From Amphiscolops sp. MND2022 (lineage: Eukaryota), in assembly GCA_964187785.1 (NCBI GenBank), contig OZ076410.1, forward strand, positions 30,566,001-30,630,000: a stretch of DNA of 64,000 bases, read 5' to 3'. Positions 56,501 through 64,000 of this stretch are shown one piece after another. Each line of letters opens with the position of its first letter. Within the stretch, counting starts at the first letter, position 1. A program made the position numbers and the translations under genes. The notes under the pieces were generated by a model. That model saw nothing but the letters and a program-made list of their open reading frames with translations. It did not search any database and had not been told where the DNA came from.

Positions 56501-56880
56501 ACTATGTGTCTTTTCACAAAAAATTGTCAGGACAATTTTCTGTGTTTAGCGTGGATCTCCTGACACTGGGAAAAATATCTGAAGAAGTTTAAGACTTGAA
56601 ATATTGTTTTTTTTGGGAGAAAAAGGCAAAATCAAAAATTTCTTAGGACTGAGGTATAGCCAAAATGAAAGTGGTATCAGTGTAGATCAGGAAATGTTCA
56701 TTTAAAACGTGCTTCGAAGGTTCGGAATGAAAGAGTGTAAGTCTATGGAAACTCCAGCTGAGATGAACTTGAAGTTACAGAAAAGTAGCAAATCAAATAG
56801 TGTTAGAGAGCAACAGCCTTAAGACGTTTAGTTGGATCATTGCTTTATGTGTCAAACCAAACAAGACCTGATGGTGCATA
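53600..56880 (+). mobile_element. Ty1/Copia retrotransposon, heavily decayed, RNase H and 3' LTR missing
   Basis: gag LQEYFIRAQELMARLSDAGE..LNGLPERFENFVVQESFNP; CCHC CYCCGEVRHIAKHC (54495-54536); protease ILVDSGS and DVLLVPSY; WLRRLGH and CESCALSK; integrase placed before RT; RT YKARYVAK..EGVD..ETFAP, YLLQPEGF, FLGL, LVGSLLY...TRPD. Confidence 0.92.
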
Positions 56881-58109
56881 AAATAGTTTTCACCAAGAGA
56901 ATTTCGCTTTTGGAGCCACTTCTGTTTTCGTTTCAGTCCTAAGCTAATGTTTTGAGCTAAGATGAACTCTTTGGGCTTATGTGGTACTGTGAGACGAAAT
57001 TTTTCCTAATAAATGCTGACTTTGATCTTTTTGAGGCGAGTTTTTACAGTCCATAACTCGAAAAAAAATACATCCTTAGGTTATAACATTGATGTCCTAT
57101 ATATCGTTTTTTTTTTGTATCTTACCATTTCATTCTCGCTACTGATGAGATTTCAAGTTCGAGCACTTCACTTTAAGGGTAGTTTCAGGTGATTGACATG
57201 ATGGAGTGTGAAATTCAAAGTTTTCATATCAGCTGCTGTTGAAAACTTTGATTTTGTGAGTTCTCTGGAAATTTCACCCAGGGTGTCTTGGGACAACAAC
57301 CTAAATTGGTGACAACGTTTGCTTACGAAAATAGTTTCTGAACGCTGATTTAGCACAAGAGACGTCTTTACTCGGCATCTATCTCCAGGAAATAGACTTT
57401 CCTGGAGTTAAAGAATCAAGTTTCATTCTTCGTTTCTCGAAGAAAAAAAGCTATTACTTTTACAATGAACATATAAAAACTCATTCTTCCATCTTCTTTC
57501 TCACTCAACACATTGCTGCAAACGATTTTCAACTTTGTAAATTTTCTAAAAAAGAGAAAAACACACAGTGCCCCACCACCCAAAAGGGGAGCGGAGTTTG
57601 GGCTTAAAACTTTGTTACTACAATAAATCTATTTCATAGAATAAGCACGTGAAAATAGGAATATGGAGACCCTTCCGACAAATTCGCCAATTTGCAAACT
57701 TTTTTGCAGGATTTTGGATAAAAGTATTTTATCGCGTTTATTTCCTCAATCTAAAGCTGACAATCATACTATCTCTCTCGACTACACTTTTTCAGACAGG
57801 AAGAATATTAATCACACAAAAAAATCAGATTCAAATAACATATAGAACCAAGGTACTGCACGATAGGCTACTGAGTGGTCAGTTACAAGGCAGTTCTTTC
57901 CAATGTTTACTTGTGCTAGGGGACTTGCTTCCAATTACATCACACAGTTTCTAGTCGGCGCTTTTCGTAGGAAAACGCAGACTATAGTGGTGATTTTTCT
58001 TATTTTGTTTTTTTAAGACCAACGAAGTGACAGATTTTACAAGCTTTGTAAGCTGGCTTCCGTTAACTGCCACACTAATGTAAGTTGTGAATTGAGGTTA
58101 ATTAAGATT

Positions 58110-58454
58110 TTCTGAGGTCTGCCAAGCAGAAGGACGGGGTTTCGAGTCTCGGCCTTGACCAAATTTTTTATGCATGTTCTTTCGGCTTTGTAAGACTTTT
58201 TTAGCAAGTTTTTTTAATGTCTCCCAAGGGTCCCCCTTCAATTTTTTCGATTTTGCAAAAGAATGGATGTTCAAAAAATCCCAAAGGTCCCGCTTTTAAA
58301 TTTTTCGGCACTATGCGACTTACCGGAGACTTCGAAAAAATTGAAGAAAATCGGATTTTTTTGCTCATGCGGGTACTGCAGAAGAGAATACTTGACACTT
58401 TGAAGTCCTTTTGCTATTTTTGAGTCTAGATAATGCGCCGACTGGGACCGTTCC
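58110..58454 (+). mobile_element. SINE-like copy of family 1 with tRNA-Gly(GCC)-like head
   Basis: CTGCCAAGCAGAAGGACGGGGTTTCGAGTCTCGGCC resembles the 3' half of tRNA-Gly (CTGCCACGCGGGAGGCCCGGGTTCGATTCCCGGCC). The body carries family motifs; the tail is TAGATAATGCGCCGACTGGGACCGTTCCCGGCTT. Confidence 0.6.
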
Positions 58455-59079
58455 CGGCTTCTTTGCTTGTTTACAGTTGTTTTTCACTTTCTAGGAGCTA
58501 TAGCACTAGGGGCACTTGCTTCTTCCACACTAGACACTCTGTCTACCTTCTTGGCCATCACATTGTAACCTAGTTATTCTGGTTTCATCCTATTTCTTTT
58601 TGCTGAACGGCTTTCCTGTAGTTGGGACTACTTTTTTTTCTTTTCCCATTGGACCGAAGCTTCGATTGGTGCACTTCTGTTGCATCTGGTTGTATTTCTT
58701 TTGCTTTCATTCTAGTTTTTGTTCACTCCTCAACATGCTCTTCTGCTATTGGCATTGGCTCTTGTTCCAGTTCAATGGCAAACCCAAGGCTACTTGTTTC
58801 AGTTAAATTCGCTGTATGTTGATCTCATCACTGATCGTTTAATAGTATGGCAATGGTATCATTTTACATTGCGCATGTATTACAGTGGGTAGTTTTTAGT
58901 CGGCGCCTTTTCCCTTAAGGAAAAAAGCCCGACTCTTACAGTGAGTAGTTTTTTTTTTTTTTTTTTTCAGTTGACAATCTCACTCTGAGTGGTCCACTTT
59001 TCTTACAATTCTTACAATTTTCAAAATCTTACAATTATTACTTAGCAAAATTAAAATACTGGCGCAAAAGTAGTTTTTA

Positions 59080-59875
59080 TATCATCTAAGGGTCCCCAAA
59101 GGGTATTTTCGGCACTGTGCGACTTTTTTTCGAAAAAATTTTTATTGTTCCAAAAGGGTCCCCCCTTCGAGTTTTTTCATATTTTGCAACTGAATGTATG
59201 TTAATACATCACAAAGGGTCCCCCCTTTTACATTTTTCGGCACTATGCGACTTTTTTTGAAAGAAATTTTTTTTTTCAAAATTCATGTTTTTTTCCAAAA
59301 AATTTTTTTTGCGCTTTTTGAGCCTAAGATATGGCGCCGACTTGGGACGTTCCCGTCTTGTTTTCTTTTTCAGCTGACAATCTCACTCTGAGTGGTCCAC
59401 TTTCTCCAATTTTCATGATCCACTAACATCCACACTTGTAACTTCTACTGGCACTTGGCATAGAGGTTACGGTTTTTTTGAGGTCTGCCAAGCAGAAGGA
59501 CGTGGGTTCGAGTCCAACCTTGACCAAAAATTTTTTGTTCAGGTTTTTTTTCGGCTTTGTGATACTTTTTTTCGCAAGTTATTTTAAATGTCTTCCTTCA
59601 TTTTTTCCTATACAGCAAAAGAATGGATGTTCAAAAACTCCCAAAGGCCCCCTTCTACATTTTTCACTATGTGACTTGCCGGAGACCAAAAAAATTTCGA
59701 AAAAAAATTTCGAAAAAAATTCGAAAAAAAAATTTCAAAAAAATTGAGATGATTTTTTTCAATTTTTTTCATCACGCGGGTACAGTAAAAGAGAATACTT
59801 GACACATTGAAGTCCTTTTGCTATTTTTGAGACTTAGATATGGCGCCGACTTGGGTCGTTTCCGGCTTGTTCACT
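59080..59875 (+). mobile_element. Two tandem SINE-like copies of family 1 (59080-59370 headless; 59477-59875 with head)
   Basis: Head GAGGTCTGCCAAGCAGAAGGACGTGGGTTCGAGTCC (B box) at ~59480. Tails GATATGGCGCCGACTTGGG.CGTT.CCG at 59326 and 59836. Confidence 0.65.
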
Positions 59876-61550
59876 CTTGATAAACCACGATTAACCGATT
59901 TTGAATACGTCTTTTTTTATTCATGAATGCTGCGGGTTCCAATTCAACTCATGTTTGAATACATTAGTGTATGTTATTGCCATGATCACGTAATAAAACT
60001 GACGTATCCTTTTCGTTTTTTAATACTATCACTTGTTGAAATAACTTCTGTAGGGTGTTCGATGCTAACTAACTTAAATGGTGTTGGCGTTTAAGTGTTT
60101 TTCTCCCAATTTACTTGGATGATATGATCTCAATCCAAAATGCAGTATCCACAATTCCCAAAATCCTCTATCCAGAGACTCCATAGTTTCTGACATTTCA
60201 TCGGGGATTGCAATCTCTTTTTTTCCTCCACCAACTAATGATCAAACATGTTGTTCACGTACGCGTTGGTTGTGTCTTGATTTTTACCGTTTTTTTTAGG
60301 CTACATTGGGTTGTTTTGATGAAAACATAACTCACATTTTCGGTCCTTCAGTGATATACTTGATTTTCTCTTCCTCATTTGCCTTAAAAGGATTTTCGGT
60401 GATGCTCAATATTGCTAATATCATTTAATACTCGGAATGACGACTAGTGTGTTTAAAAATACTAGGTGGCGGAATATGGTTGAATTTGGTGACCACCTTC
60501 GGTCCCAGATTTACCTTGGGATCAATGACTGATTTTCAGCAACAATTATAGGCATGCGGGCGTGAATAGAAGATGCTAGAAAGGTATAAATATGTGAAGT
60601 TTTGAATATATTAATCTTGTTAATTGTTGAGCTGTTAACTTTGCTTTTTTTCGAGTTTGAAACTTAATTTTTTCACGAGGTGACTATGAGGAACCAGAAA
60701 AGAAAAACAATCGCATTGGTGAGTGGTGAGTTTATAGGTTCACCCCCAGTTGATCTTTCTAGAGTAGAGAGTGTTAAAATAGATGATCAAGATGGGGGTA
60801 ACATGTTCAGACAAATCAGGTACTTGGGGACTGGAAAATTTTTAAGCTGACCTTATAGAGGTTTCAACCGAAATCTAAAACGTATTTGCCCAATCCCAGA
60901 GGAGTATCATCCAAGTTCTGATATCCAATGACAAGGAGAATCCAGCAAGTATTTTGGAAACGCCGAGTTACTCCGCAACTAACGTACAATCTCTGCAAAA
61001 AAGTTGGAAAGAAAACGCAGCGGTGGAAATGATAACGGAAAATGACACGTAAAACTTCTCTGTTCTCGCTTGAATGAAAAGCGCTAACCCCTTCCCAGGC
61101 AATCGGGAGACCTTTTCGTGAAATGCAGATTCAATTAAACTTTGAAATTTTTTGCTATAGAAATTAGCGGTCTTCGGTTTCTTGGTAGTTCAGCTTACCG
61201 TTTCATGAAACTTCGAATGAAAAAATCAACCCATTTTTAACGCCAACAATTAGCTGGCACGACAGAAATGCTTGAAGTCAATGAACCATTTCTTTGATTC
61301 CTTGTTTGAATAGATTGCATGAATATGGGTGTATCTTCGTTTAAGGTGTGTTTTGTAAATGAAATTGACTATGTTCTTGGTCAAAGTTTACGTTCAAAAT
61401 CCTAAACCGGCTTTTATTTATTCTATTTCACGGAAGCAACGTGTGAAATGAATGGGAGGGCTCTAAAAACTATTGGCCTGTGGTGTTTTTAGACGTTTCA
61501 TTTCAAATACAGCCATCATTATGAACATTTGAGCCCGGGGCTGTCTCGGA

Positions 61551-61960
61551 CTAGCTGTCACTAACTTCAAAATTTATAGTTGGAATTATTTTGACCAATT
61601 TAGGCAATGTGTTTATTCCGATATTTGTGTCAAACGGTTTGCTTATGCCACCAACGTTGTCTGAAATAAAGGATTTCTTCACTAAGTTAGTATTACGGCA
61701 ATTATTGAACTTTCTCCCAAGCAATTGGTTTTGAAATTCCCTCAACGAATGAAGTATTGCGATTATAATCATACATGCATTCAACCACACATATACTGCC
61801 TTCAAGTTTTCCATTTCCACCATTTTCGATAGTGTTGTACTCCCGAAATTCACGTTACTACGGGTTGAAATACATTGACCAATCAGAATGGAGCATTTCA
61901 AACAAATATCCAGATTATATCCAGCGTGGTAGAGCCAGCCAGCAACTCATTACTATTATT
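61551..61960 (-). pseudogene. Cys-loop ligand-gated ion channel (GABA/Gly/GluCl-like) TM2-TM3 relic
   Basis: GSTTLSKM and LKAVYVWLNACMIIIAILHSLREFQN align by eye with GlyR GITTVLTM and [26 protein letters not shown], with G-TT-M, KA-W-C and N spacing preserved. The TM2-TM3 loop is shortened and TM1 has stops. Confidence 0.45.
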
Positions 61961-64000
61961 ATTATTGTTATTAATACACATTCACAATTGCTTGTACACT
62001 TCTATTTTATTTTTGTCTTTAGAACCCAGTTCAGAATCTAGACCTCCTTTCTGGCTTGATAACCATCGATATTAATCATTGGACGCTCATTACTGGACAA
62101 TTATTACTTGATTACATCAAGTACACTAATTACAATTGAAACGTCTGAATATACCAAAACTTATGACATCATTTCGTGTTCGGTGCGACTTCAAAATGAA
62201 ACTTCAGCATTAAATCTCCATCAGAAGAACCAGTTTTGTTGTCATCTGACAAATTGAAGAGTCCGGAACGCGCCAGAAATTTGAGTTTTTGTGAGTAATA
62301 CAAGAAGCAGTCATTTCAGTTTGTTTTATTGTTAATTTTGTAATTTTGCGTTATAATTTAAATATAGACAATGAAGCAACTCCGACAATCACAAACAACA
62401 ATTCTTGTCTGATTTCTACAATGCGACTCAGGTGAACAAAATTACTACAAACTTCTTGTGCTGTGAACAGTTTCTTGATTCACGCGTGTTTAGACTAAAC
62501 ACTTTTTGAACGACAGTGAACGAAAAAAACCACAGCAGCTACTCTAGACGACAAGAAATCATTACATTATTCGCTTGTCAAATTGTATAATAGAAGAAGC
62601 AATATAAAAAGTGGACCCACCGTGTTATGAGATTCAAGAAAATTAACTAAAGCTTTTATAAATTTACAACCACATTATTTCTCACAATTTTAACGCACCA
62701 GAGAGCCGAGTTTTCAGCTGACATACCAGCATAAAAAACTCAAGAATTTGTTTTAATAGTCCTTGACGTTTGTTTGATTCAATATAAAAACGCTCGCCTG
62801 TTTTAACCACAGGACGCCCAACTTGGTCGGTGCTTCAGCTGAGCTGGAATTTCAGGTGCTTGATCAGACCTACGATCGCAGTTTGATATCATCATTTATC
62901 AAATTATCTCTACTACACCGGACACTTCTTACCACATCAAATGTAGTGACGATGCTAATATTTTACTGCCATTTATAAAGAAATTTGGAACTAACTTTGA
63001 AGGATTACAGCCATTCTGGACGAAGAATTGAAGAACGTTGATTTTACGAAGTATCATTGCAGCTGGAATCAAAGGCAACAGTATCATGGGTGTCAGTATT
63101 TTAATCATCCTGCAAGGTAAGACAATTAGAAGATACCCAGGGTTTCCAAATATGGACTTGCATCTAACGATTACCTTTGGAATTATTATAGCTATGGCAA
63201 ACCCATGTTCCGTGGTCTATGGGTTCACCACCCTGGTTGGAACTGCTTGAACTTTTTACATGTTTTTGTAGGTTACCAAATTAATTTTCCATGATTTTAT
63301 AAAATTCTCAAAGAAATGTCCATGCATTAAATCTTCACTGATTCGATTTAATTTTATCAAGCTGCTTATAAAATGCATCTTGAATATAATGCATACCGAA
63401 AATCATTCTATTATCATTCCATGGCCTCTATGATCTCACGACCCATATGATGACCAAAGCACTTAAAAAATTGTCGTGTAATTCGTGTTTCTCATAAACA
63501 CGAGTGCATTTTGATGGAGAATTACTAAAGGCTGATCACTCCAAACATGATCTTTTTTGCAATTTTGTTTCGAATTCGCGAACAAGAATATCGGAGGTAG
63601 CTGCCCTTGTTGAAATTGCTTGAACTTTTCAAATGATCTTTGAAGTTGCTACAGGGCTGTCATATTTTACTGTTGAAAACGATTTTTACAATTTAACATG
63701 TAAATTACGAATTTTCACATGTAAAATAGTAAAAAATGTGTTAAAATCAGCGGTTCAACTGCCGCAACAGAAATGACAGTTTGCCTGCTTTCTCAGCCCC
63801 GAAAGAACTTCTCAATCGTCCGTACGTGAGGCCCATCGTCGAAAAATATCTCCAATCCAGCAGATGATGAAACAGCCTCAATAATTGAGCAAGCCACGTC
63901 AACCAAGATGGGGTCAAAACCCATGCGAAGACCACCTTTCCACCACGAGTCAGATGAGACATTCTTGAAACTGGAGCCAAATAAATGTGGCGAATATGGC

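Noticed and set aside
58110-58175. Functional tRNA-Gly gene (also ~59480 and the tRNA-like string at 51985-52048)
   Set aside because: Only the anticodon-to-T-arm half resembles tRNA; no acceptor stem or D arm can be folded, and the sequence is embedded in a dispersed repeat.
62880-63250. Membrane-protein exon on + ending at CAAG|GTAAG
   Set aside because: Contains an internal stop and has no recognisable motif or partner exon.

Overview
AT-rich eukaryotic (most likely invertebrate animal) genomic DNA, dominated by transposable elements and decayed genes. The species cannot be assigned from sequence alone. No prokaryotic features, rRNA or CRISPR were seen. Left third: a decayed Ty3/Gypsy pol on + (element A, 1-~4068). 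A partial duplicate of the 5' end of a second Gypsy (4069-4971, -) follows, then a spliced, now pseudogenised zinc-finger gene on + (~5953-10512). That gene converges tail-to-tail with the pol of a large minus-strand Gypsy (element B, ~10700-22782). Element B is interrupted in its protease region by a young, non-autonomous BEL/Pao LTR element (14943-20059; TSD CAATC; LTRs nearly identical) that keeps one open 892-aa ORF, a triplicated PBS and a 24-bp leader repeat. Middle: TRP-channel-like pseudogene exons, a DD37E-like Tc1/mariner relic, and a 1.5-kb LTR-plus-flank duplication with a tRNA-Arg PBS. There is also an unexplained 273-aa hydrophobic ORF, a probable first exon of a host gene, and a 200-N gap. 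Right third: a decayed Ty1/Copia, several copies of a tRNA-Gly-headed SINE-like family with a recurring hairpin, and a Cys-loop-receptor-like relic. The best candidate for an undescribed system is a giant Gypsy element that may carry an antisense intron-containing zinc-finger gene together with arrays of an ATGCTGTT motif. This is inference and needs genome-wide copy comparison.
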